From Candidatus Micrarchaeaceae archaeon (lineage in GTDB: Archaea; Micrarchaeota; Micrarchaeia; Micrarchaeales; CABMGC01): DNA of 13,021 nt. Below the pieces are notes generated by a model. It was not told the origin of the DNA, ran no database searches, and was given only the letters and a program-made list of their open reading frames with translations. This document shows positions 1 to 7,324 of this stretch, piece by piece. The DNA lies in NCBI GenBank assembly GCA_038877255.1, contig JAVYWZ010000019.1, positions 1 to 13,021 on the forward strand. Direction: 5' to 3'. The first letter of the stretch is position 1; every line of letters starts with the position of its first letter. Both the position numbers and the translations under genes were made by a program.

Positions 1-222
1 AACGAAGGTGCACGCACTTGGGGCAATTAACGACGGTGCAAGAACGAAATAAAGCAGTATTGAGAGTATTATTGCAATTATAAGAATGGCCCAGCTATAC
101 GTAAGCAGGTACTCCATCGCGCTCTGGGCTTTTCTTTCCTGTAAGTTGCGCACGTCAGCACTATTTCGAGCACTAATGTTTTTGCCAATTCTCTTCCTAA
201 CTCGACTGTGCCTGCGCAGCAT
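1..222 (-). CDS. Pilin/archaellin-like protein with class III signal peptide (5' part only; runs off the window edge)
   Basis: Not in the ORF track. Manual translation from ATG at 222: MLRRHSRVRKRIGKNISARNSADVRNLQERKA/QSAMEYLLTYSWAILIIAIILSILLYFVLAPSLIAPSACTFV. It has a basic N-region, a KA|QSAME prepilin-peptidase-type site with Glu at +5, then a hydrophobic helix. TTTAAAT box at about 250-257. Confidence 0.85.
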   Translation of the reverse strand, partial: MLRRHSRVRKRIGKNISARNSADVRNLQERKAQSAMEYLLTYSWAILIIAIILSILLYFVLAPSLIAPSACTFV

Positions 223-599
223 TTAACCTGATTTAATATAGTATTCAAGATTTAAATGTTTATGTAATTTTGAGACTAGGCGCTTTGCCACTTGTTTATG
301 CCTTTTTCTCGTATTCTTCTGTTCTTTTCTGCATTGGACATAATGCTAATCTATTTTACGCAATTCCCATATATTTATCCCGTTATTTTCATATTCATTT
401 GCCCGCTTCGTGCGCTTTCCGAGTTAAGAGGACTTTCGCTCGCTGAGTTAATAACAAAACCAAGCAGTGCATCGCTGTGCTGGATTTTGCAGTGCAGGTC
501 AGTAACCTCTATATCTGTATATTTTATCTCGTTTTATCTGTCTTAGTTTATTTATTTTGTTTTGTCTGTATCTTCTAAATAGCGCGCTGAAATGACTCA

Positions 600-617
600 C
601 GTTTATTAAAATAAACG
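600..617 (+). promoter_or_regulatory. TATA box embedded in a perfect 8-bp inverted repeat (CGTTTATT-AA-AATAAACG)
   Basis: TTTATTAAA at 602-610 lies about 21-29 nt upstream of ATG 631, a spacing typical of leaderless archaeal transcripts. Arms 600-607 and 610-617 are exact reverse complements. Confidence 0.55.
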
Positions 618-630
618 CTTCAATTAAATC

Positions 631-1497
631 ATGGGAAAAATAGCAGCATACGCAAGGCTTATGCGCGTTGAGCACAGCTTAATGCTTGTCGTTGCTGTTG
701 TTGCGGCTGAATTGCTCTCCGGGGGCTTGCCAACACCTACAATACTGTTGCTAAGCATAATCACACCCATATTCATCAGCATGGGCTCATTCGCCATAAA
801 CGACTACTTTGACATGAGCGTAGACAAAGCCAACAAGAGAAACAGGCCGCTAGTTACAGGCACCATAAAGCCAATGTACGCAGTTTATGCAACAGCGATA
901 TCTCTGCTTATTGGCGCGCTTTCAAGCGCTTTCATAAATCTTTATGCCTTTGCTATAGCGCTCGCGTTCGCACTTCTCTCTGTGCTTTACGCGTATTGGC
1001 TCAAGGAAAAGCTTTTCTGGGGAAATGCGTATGTCGCCTTTGCTATGGTAATACCTTTCATTTATGGCAATTATGTTGTAAGCTACAGGCTCGGCTTTGA
1101 CATAGTGCTCATTTCAATAATGATCTTTTTCGCAGGCTTTGCAAGGGAGGTGCAAGGCACAATAAGAGACTTGGCAGGAGACGTGAAGGTAAGGAATGCG
1201 CACACAATCCCAAAAGCCATAGGCGTTGCAGGCGCGGCATGGCTTGCGCTCTCTGCTTACGCGGTTGCAATATTGATAAGCGCGGGCTTGGCAACATTCG
1301 TTGCGCCTTTTAGGCTCAACCTAATATTCATAATCCCTATTATAGTTACTGATGCAATGCTGCTGCGCGTGGGAATAGGCTATATTATAAATAGGGAAGA
1401 AACGTTTTACAGCAGGGCAAGGAACACAAGCCTTGCTGCAATGGCCATAGCGCTTTTAGCAATACTTGCGAGCACTGCTTTTACGATTTCTTTGTAA
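631..1497 (+). CDS. UbiA-family prenyltransferase, digeranylgeranylglyceryl phosphate synthase-like
   Basis: 288 aa, polytopic membrane protein. First Asp-rich motif NDYFDMSVDKANKRNRPL; YAYWLK..WGN loop; second motif REVQGTIRDLAGD. Confidence 0.85.
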   Translation: MGKIAAYARLMRVEHSLMLVVAVVAAELLSGGLPTPTILLLSIITPIFISMGSFAINDYFDMSVDKANKRNRPLVTGTIKPMYAVYATAISLLIGALSSAFINLYAFAIALAFALLSVLYAYWLKEKLFWGNAYVAFAMVIPFIYGNYVVSYRLGFDIVLISIMIFFAGFAREVQGTIRDLAGDVKVRNAHTIPKAIGVAGAAWLALSAYAVAILISAGLATFVAPFRLNLIFIIPIIVTDAMLLRVGIGYIINREETFYSRARNTSLAAMAIALLAILASTAFTISL

Positions 1498-1516
1498 ACT
1501 TCTCTATCTAACTAAA

Positions 1517-1775
1517 GGGGCTTTCCATCAGTTGATTCGCATGTCGCACAGCAACGTTGGGCAAACCAACTTCATCTGGACGAAAGAGCCCGTTTACAGG
1601 GACTCGCCTATTGGAAATCTGGGAATTATATAGAGGATATAGATTCCCCGCTCCAAAAGGCATTTCAATGCAATGCATATATTATGCGACATCAAGATGC
1701 TTGTGCTTGCGCTCGCAATTCCTCTCCACGCTCACGCACGGGTCTCCTTGCGAGATGATATGAGGAATCGCCTTG
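1517..1775 (-). ncRNA. Candidate structured non-coding RNA (multi-helix, GNRA loops, kink-turn); family not recognised
   Basis: Minus-strand helices: GCGAUUCCUC/GAGGAAUUGC (1771-1762 with 1724-1715) closing two hairpins (one with a GUGA loop, one with GCAA(G)); a long hairpin at 1606-1661; a K-turn hairpin at 1518-1591. Several G-U pairs form only on the minus strand. Confidence 0.55.
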
Positions 1776-1778
1776 CTT

Positions 1779-3596
1779 TTACCTTGTGCGCCTGCGCCTG
1801 CGTCTGTGTGCTTGCCCTTGCCTTCTGCTTTCCGCCTTTGCTGCAGGCTTTCGCGAATTCACAAGCTGAATAAGCAGTATTACGAACACTGCAAACATAA
1901 GTAGCAGCAGAACAAGAACAAGCGCCAATAGCTCCTGCAGCGAGCTGCTTATGCTGCTTAACTGTTGCAGCAGCTGCGGCTGTATAGATACGTTGGATAT
2001 TGTGAAGCTGGATTCTATGTCTTTGTTAGCTTGTGCCAAAGCACTGGCAAGCTGCGAAGTCTGGTATGCGCTCTGCAAATCGCTCGAAAAGCCTAGCTTG
2101 TACTCGTGCAGGTAGAAGAGCGATTCGGCTGCGAACTGGTAAGGCCAAATACCGTGCGCATAACTCGTGTTTATGCTTGCAAGTGTAGCGTTATACAGCT
2201 GCATATTTGTCATGTTTCCTGAAATGTTAGGATTGCCTAGCACATCTGCGTATGTTGCTGCGTAAAGCGCAACAGGATAATTGCCCTCATCGTAACTCTT
2301 AATTGCTGCTTCTAAGTATAGATTGCTGCCGAAGTGCTCCGCGTTGCTTATCTCACGTGCAGCGTCATTCTTCAGCGAGCCTGAAACGCCTACGTAATTG
2401 CCAGTTAGCTGATTTGATATATTGTACATGTATTGCGAAGCCTTGCACCAACCGAGCGCCTCTGCACCAGAGTATAGGCTTTCTATATAGGTATCGCTTG
2501 TCGTCTCGCTTGAATTCAGCAAGGCATAAGACTGCGCTAGCGTTATGTTTGCAAGCTCTTGCCTGAATTCGCCTCCTATGGCGTACTCGTAATTTGTATT
2601 AGTAAGCATTGGCTGCTGCAAAGAAGAGCAGAAATTGCTTATATTGTTCAGCACGGAGGAAGCGCCTGCTGCGGTATAGTTGTTTTTGTTTGCAAGCACA
2701 AACGCGTTAAGGTATTGCAGAAAAGCTAAATCAGCAGCAGTATAGGCATAGCCCTTGCTGTTTATTTCCAAATAACGCTGCTCATTGGCAAGCATCTGCT
2801 GCTTTGCTGAGCTAAAATTGCTGCTTATGCTGTTTATTTCAGCTTTGGTAAAGTTTAGGGTGAAGTTTGCCAAGCCGTCAAACAGGCTTTCATTGCAGCT
2901 GCTGCATGTTAAATTTAGCACTGGCACATTGCTCAATAAATAGTGCTGCGTTACATTGTAAAAAAATTGCTCTGGCTGTGCATTACCGAACGCATAGGGC
3001 AAAGATTCGCTGAGATTGTTTACTTGCACTATCGGCACGCGAAATACGCTCTGCGATATATAATAAATAAGATTTTCAATAGTGCCACCAGCGCTTGCAT
3101 TCGGCAACAAGAAGAAGCGCATCTTACCGCTTGAAGCGGCTTCAGCCTTGTCGTATACGCCGCCTATAAGGCTTATGCTACCGTTGCCAACGATTTCGCC
3201 AGAGACAGTGAAATTGCTAAGAAGGGGCTTGTGCTCAAAAGCAGATACAGTAAGCAGCGTGAATGCAAGGCCTGCGCTCGGGCCTGAAACACTGACGTTT
3301 TTGTCGCTTATAACGAAGGAGAAATTATAATGCGATGAGTTTATTCCAAGATATGAGCTTGCAACAGCTACTGCTTCTCTCGCAGAAGCAAGCGTGCTAA
3401 CACCTACAGAAACAGGCCCTGATATTGTCACAGTGCCGTTGCCGCTGGTCAGGTTTAGTGTGATAATGGTAAGTGTGCCCTTGTTTTCGTTTGTAATTAC
3501 CGCTGGTGCATGTATGCTTGTAACGAATGCGAAACCAGTTCCTATAAGAATCAAAGACAGTGCTATCGAGAGCAAAAATGCAGAATAGGTTCTCAT
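1779..3596 (-). CDS. Secreted, membrane-anchored S16-family (Lon C-terminal-like, COG1750-type) serine protease
   Basis: Ser-Lys dyad motifs SGPSAG and GGVYDK. N-terminal signal peptide, no AAA domain, C-terminal TM helix and Arg-rich tail. Start moved from 3659 to ATG 3596 (MRTYSAF) because a TTATTTATA box lies at about 3619-3627. Confidence 0.85.
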   Translation of the reverse strand: MRTYSAFLLSIALSLILIGTGFAFVTSIHAPAVITNENKGTLTIITLNLTSGNGTVTISGPVSVGVSTLASAREAVAVASSYLGINSSHYNFSFVISDKNVSVSGPSAGLAFTLLTVSAFEHKPLLSNFTVSGEIVGNGSISLIGGVYDKAEAASSGKMRFFLLPNASAGGTIENLIYYISQSVFRVPIVQVNNLSESLPYAFGNAQPEQFFYNVTQHYLLSNVPVLNLTCSSCNESLFDGLANFTLNFTKAEINSISSNFSSAKQQMLANEQRYLEINSKGYAYTAADLAFLQYLNAFVLANKNNYTAAGASSVLNNISNFCSSLQQPMLTNTNYEYAIGGEFRQELANITLAQSYALLNSSETTSDTYIESLYSGAEALGWCKASQYMYNISNQLTGNYVGVSGSLKNDAAREISNAEHFGSNLYLEAAIKSYDEGNYPVALYAATYADVLGNPNISGNMTNMQLYNATLASINTSYAHGIWPYQFAAESLFYLHEYKLGFSSDLQSAYQTSQLASALAQANKDIESSFTISNVSIQPQLLQQLSSISSSLQELLALVLVLLLLMFAVFVILLIQLVNSRKPAAKAESRRQGQAHRRRRRRTR

Positions 3597-3692
3597 ATTG
3601 TTCTTTATGCTGGAAAAGTATAAATAACATTTGCCTTTTTTCGCTTTCTGCTTTTGCAACTGTATGCCAGAAAATCAGCGCGAAGCGCACAG

Positions 3693-5000
3693 TCAGAAAT
3701 CAGAAATGGTTTTTTGCAAATCGCTCCTCTCATGTTCGCGCTTGTGCTCATGCTCATGCTCATGCTGCCCGTTTAGCACGTCTACAACGCCAAACACGCC
3801 ATCATAGCCAGGCTTCACAAACACATTATTGCGCCTTATGTTCTCTATGGCTTTTGCCACTTTGGAATCTATTTCAGAAATGGAATTGATATCTGCCTTG
3901 AGCAATGTGTTAAACTCGCTGCCGAACTTTGAAACAAACAGAGAGTATGCGCGTTCAACCGCTTTTGAGCCCTCGGGCTTGCCATAAACCTTTGAAAGTA
4001 TCTCAACAAGCGGCACTGCGTGCACAAAAGGCGCAAACGATTCTTGCGTGTAGCCTTGCGGCCTATCAGCAAGCTCGTCAATCCTATGCAAAACTCCCAA
4101 AGTTAGCGGCTTGCCGCAGACTGGGCAGATGTTGTTGTAGCGCTTAGCCTCCTCTGGCGATAGAGAAATGCCACATTTCCTATGGCCGTCATAATGGTAC
4201 TTGCCCTCTTCAGGGTAGAATTCTATAGTGTATTTAACCTTCTTGTTAATTATCGCATCTGCAATCGCGTCAAATGAAAGCCTGCTCTGCTCAAATTCGA
4301 AAACAGTAGCTTCTCTTCCAATTTTCTGCAGAGAGTGGGCATCGCTAGTAGAGACAAGCGCGTATTTGTCAAGCTTAGAAACGCGCCAGTTGTTTGAAGG
4401 GTCAGATGACAATCCAGTCTCAAGCGCGTGCACATGCTGCTCTTGGTCTTCGTATGCTTCTTGCATTGAGTCATAACCTGACATCGAACCGAAAACGCCG
4501 AACCAAGGGGTCCATGCATGCGCTGGAAACACAAGTGCTTTTCTGCTAATGCCTGTCACAATTTCCACAAGCTCTGCGGGGCTCATATTTAGCATAGGCC
4601 TGCCATCTGCTGAGAGATCGCCGCGCTTTGCAAGCGCATCGTTTATCTGCGCGGCTATTTCCAAGCCAGGCGCAAGCACAACATGGTGCACCCTTTTGGC
4701 TGTGCCGCTCCTGTCAAAAATGCCCATGCTAGCATTTCCGCTTATAGTGGCTATTTCAACCCCTACTACAAACCTTGTCCTTATTGCTGAGCCCTTCACA
4801 GTGTAAAGGCCAGGCTCCGACTCTTCAAGATTTTCTTTTAAATTAGCGAACCACAACGCATGTGTAAAGTCGCCAGTAGAGCAGATGCTTATTCCCTTCC
4901 TCGCTGCAGCGAAATCAATGTTTGCGAGCTCCATGCGCTCGCTAGTAGCCCTGGCATACTTAGAATGCAGATGCAAATCAGAAATATACTCTTGCTCCAT
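3693..5000 (-). CDS. Endonuclease Q family / TIGR00375-type PHP-domain protein with zinc ribbon
   Basis: PHP motifs DLHLHSKY, TGDFTH, PAHAWTPW, ETGLSSD, SDAHS; GKYHYDGHRKC...CPVCG zinc-binding region; PGYDGVFG near the C-terminus. Confidence 0.88.
   Translation of the reverse strand: MEQEYISDLHLHSKYARATSERMELANIDFAAARKGISICSTGDFTHALWFANLKENLEESEPGLYTVKGSAIRTRFVVGVEIATISGNASMGIFDRSGTAKRVHHVVLAPGLEIAAQINDALAKRGDLSADGRPMLNMSPAELVEIVTGISRKALVFPAHAWTPWFGVFGSMSGYDSMQEAYEDQEQHVHALETGLSSDPSNNWRVSKLDKYALVSTSDAHSLQKIGREATVFEFEQSRLSFDAIADAIINKKVKYTIEFYPEEGKYHYDGHRKCGISLSPEEAKRYNNICPVCGKPLTLGVLHRIDELADRPQGYTQESFAPFVHAVPLVEILSKVYGKPEGSKAVERAYSLFVSKFGSEFNTLLKADINSISEIDSKVAKAIENIRRNNVFVKPGYDGVFGVVDVLNGQHEHEHEHKREHERSDLQKTISDF
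3745..3766 (+). repeat. Tandem hexamer (TGCTCA)x3+ encoding the HEHEHEH tail of the EndoQ-family protein
   Basis: tgctca tgctca tgctca tgct read directly from the sequence. Confidence 0.8.
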
Positions 5001-5030
5001 TTTATCAATTAAGGTAATTCATGTACAACT

Positions 5031-5696
5031 TCAGGCGCTTTTTATAACGCCGTTTCTCATGCAAATGCCTTTTTGATTTGGCCCTAGAATGCACTTGCTG
5101 CATAAAGGAACCAATGACTGGCACACTGCTTTGCCATGGCTTTTGAGCACGTATGCAAAGTTGTGCCAATACCTCTTTTTCACTACTTGCATAAGGTCCT
5201 GCTCTATCTTTTCTGGATCTTTGTTGCCGCTGAGGCCTATCCTGTAAGACAGCTTTATAACCCACGTGTCTACTGGTATTCCCGCTACTATTCCATATGC
5301 GTTGATTAATATGGTATTTGCAGTCTTTCTTCCGATGCCTGGCAGAGAGAGAAGCTCGTCCATGCTGTTAGGCACATTGCCCTTGTATTTCTGTTCTATT
5401 ATTCTGCATGCGTTTATTATGTTCTTTACCTTGTTGCCTGCAAAGCTAACCGAATTGACAATACTGAGCAGTTCCTCGGGCTTTGCAGTTGCGTAGTCGT
5501 GCGCTGTCTTGTACTTTTCGAAAAGTCTTGGCGTAATTGCGTTTACCACATTGTCTCTTGTCTGCGCAGAGAGTATTGCTGCAACGAGCAATTCGATTGG
5601 CGTTTTGAAGTTAAGATAGTATTTAGCGTTTTTGTACTCGCGCTCAAGTAGCTCTACGGCAAGCTCTGCCTGATCAACGTTTAAAGGCGTATACAT
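5031..5696 (-). CDS. nth: Endonuclease III (HhH-GPD DNA glycosylase/AP lyase)
   Basis: LLVAAILSAQTRD, HhH motif LLSLPGIGRKTAN with the catalytic Lys, VDT with the catalytic Asp, and a C-terminal four-Cys Fe-S motif. GGTGAG ribosome-binding site just upstream. Confidence 0.95.
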   Translation of the reverse strand: MYTPLNVDQAELAVELLEREYKNAKYYLNFKTPIELLVAAILSAQTRDNVVNAITPRLFEKYKTAHDYATAKPEELLSIVNSVSFAGNKVKNIINACRIIEQKYKGNVPNSMDELLSLPGIGRKTANTILINAYGIVAGIPVDTWVIKLSYRIGLSGNKDPEKIEQDLMQVVKKRYWHNFAYVLKSHGKAVCQSLVPLCSKCILGPNQKGICMRNGVIKSA

Positions 5697-5726
5697 CTGC
5701 TCACCATGCCTATGCCAATGCCTGCA

Positions 5727-6212
5727 TTATAGCTTATAGCCCAAATCTCTCAGCAGCTTCTTCCTTTTCTTCTTGTCTTCATCGTTCTCTATGCCTTTTG
5801 AAGCTGCACCGTCTACAACGCCTATGACGCTCCTGCCTTGCTCTGTCTTTGCTATAATTACTGTTACTGGATTGGAAGTGGCGCAGTAGATTCTGGTTAC
5901 TTCACTTACCTGCTTTATGCTATTAAGAACGTTTATTGGATATGCGCCCTCGAAGAGTATTATGAAAGTATGCCCTGCGCCTATGCTTAGCATGTTCTTC
6001 TCAGCAAGCCTCTTGAGCTCATCGCTATTGCCTTCGCTCCTTACAAGGCAAGGCCCGCTTGCTTCTGCGAACGCTGCGCCAAATTTAACATTTGGAACAG
6101 CATTTACCATTGCCTCGTAAAGGTCTTCTACGCTTTTTATGAAGCCCGCATGGCCCAGTATGAGCTGCACATCTGCGCCTTTCTCTACCTGAACAAGCTC
6201 AAAATCAAGCAT
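5727..6212 (-). CDS. Adenosine-specific kinase / AMP-binding family protein (COG1839, DUF355-type)
   Basis: Family motifs FIKSVEDLYE, AFAEASGPCLVR, GAGHTFII, YPINVLN, IYCATSNP, GVVDG and RKKLLRDLGYKL. TATTTAAAAA box at about 6234-6243. Confidence 0.9.
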   Translation of the reverse strand: MLDFELVQVEKGADVQLILGHAGFIKSVEDLYEAMVNAVPNVKFGAAFAEASGPCLVRSEGNSDELKRLAEKNMLSIGAGHTFIILFEGAYPINVLNSIKQVSEVTRIYCATSNPVTVIIAKTEQGRSVIGVVDGAASKGIENDEDKKKRKKLLRDLGYKL

Positions 6213-6402
6213 AATCCTCTATAGGATGTTGAATTTTTAAATACCTATTCTTCCGAATGCAAATTGAATACGTACAACAGGGATTACATTCTCTATTATA
6301 CGACAACCGACATTAAAAAGGCGAATGTGTGTTGCGATATAAAATCCAACGCCATATATAAACTTAGGAAAAGAATTAAAGCTTTAATACAAAAAGCATA
6401 GC

Positions 6403-6765
6403 GTGACAAAAGTAAAAGAAAGTATGCAAAGGCCTGTGCTAGCTGTTAGCGCCAGCGCGAGCATTGGCACGGCGCTAAAGCTCATGGAAAATGCCCACGT
6501 TTCGATACTGCCTGTGCTTAGTGGTACAAGGCTGGTAGGCGTAATAACGAAAAAAGACGCTGATGCCGAACCTCCAAGCGCAAGGCTCAGCAGCATAAAA
6601 CTAAAGCTTATTTACGTAACAGAGGACGAGCCTGTTGAAAGCGCTGCAAGGATAATGGTAAAAAACGCCATAACGAGAATACCAGTAATTAGTTCAGAAA
6701 GCACAATGCATTGTATTGGCATAATTTCATCTACCGATATAGCAAGCTATCACAATAAAATGTAA
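6403..6765 (+). CDS. CBS-domain pair protein
   Basis: 120 aa with two CBS repeats: LM..HVSILPV...LVGVITKKD and IM..AITRIPV...CIGIISSTDI. GTG start; ATG 6424 is an alternative. Confidence 0.88.
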   Translation: MTKVKESMQRPVLAVSASASIGTALKLMENAHVSILPVLSGTRLVGVITKKDADAEPPSARLSSIKLKLIYVTEDEPVESAARIMVKNAITRIPVISSESTMHCIGIISSTDIASYHNKM

Positions 6766-6822
6766 AACAGCACAGCAATGCAGCAGCGTGGCGCCGCGAC
6801 GCAACAGCGCAAAACAAGCGCG

Positions 6823-7137
6823 CTACTTTACAAGTGTTATCTCTATAGTGCTTACCTTTGATTTTGTACCGTCCTCATTCTGCAGCTCCTCGGAGTTTAT
6901 TGTTATATTTTCTACGCGGGTGCCCTGCAAGAATCTGTTGCGCGAAATTTCTGCAACATCAACAGCCCTTGATATCGTGTTGCCCCTCGCCTTTATCTTT
7001 ACATTCTTGGCGCCGTTGTTGAACTGTGTAACAACTGCAAGTACATAGCTCATTGCAGGCTTCTTACCAATGTATACCACGTTTTCGGGTATGCCCTCCT
7101 TTACTTCGTTGTTTGCTTGTTCGTTAGCTTCGCTCAT
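6823..7137 (-). CDS. albA: DNA/RNA-binding chromatin protein Alba
   Basis: [46 protein letters not shown] ribosome-binding site upstream; TTATAAATATAA box at about 7197-7208. Confidence 0.97.
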   Translation of the reverse strand: MSEANEQANNEVKEGIPENVVYIGKKPAMSYVLAVVTQFNNGAKNVKIKARGNTISRAVDVAEISRNRFLQGTRVENITINSEELQNEDGTKSKVSTIEITLVK

Positions 7138-7324
7138 TTTTCCACCTATTACTTAGCATTACTCGCTTCTTTACATATTCTTCATACATTTATCTTTTAT
7201 ATTTATAAGCGTTAGCGTGATTCAATTCCGCAAACAATTAGGGCAAGTGCATTAGCGCACAGTTCTATTGGCATATGCAAAAGAGCAAGCAAAAAGATAA
7301 AAGGCTTAGATGAGATGCTAATTC

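Noticed and set aside
376..530. Open minus-strand frame (NEIKYTDIEVTDLHCK...) and short repeats (TTAACTC x2, GCACTGC x2)
   Set aside because: No plausible start codon near its 5' end, no recognisable family, and only short, inconsistent pairings.
292..546. 84-aa plus-strand ORF
   Set aside because: TTG start and Phe/Ile/Leu content that follows from a T-rich intergenic tract; no recognisable motif.
1510..1772. RNase P RNA, SRP RNA or self-splicing intron identity for the structured gap
   Set aside because: GAGGAA and AAGGGGCUU-like words occur, but not in an order or strand that forms P4. No SRP helix-8 motif, group II domain V or complete group I core is visible.
1557..1873. ORFs 1557..1763 and 1673..1873
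   Set aside because: Short, no motifs, and they overlap the structured element or lie antisense to the protease.
4998..5033. nth and the EndoQ-family gene are in frame, separated only by two TGA codons (possible readthrough or Sec fusion)
   Set aside because: Being in frame has a one-in-three chance, both proteins are complete on their own, and two recoding events would be required.
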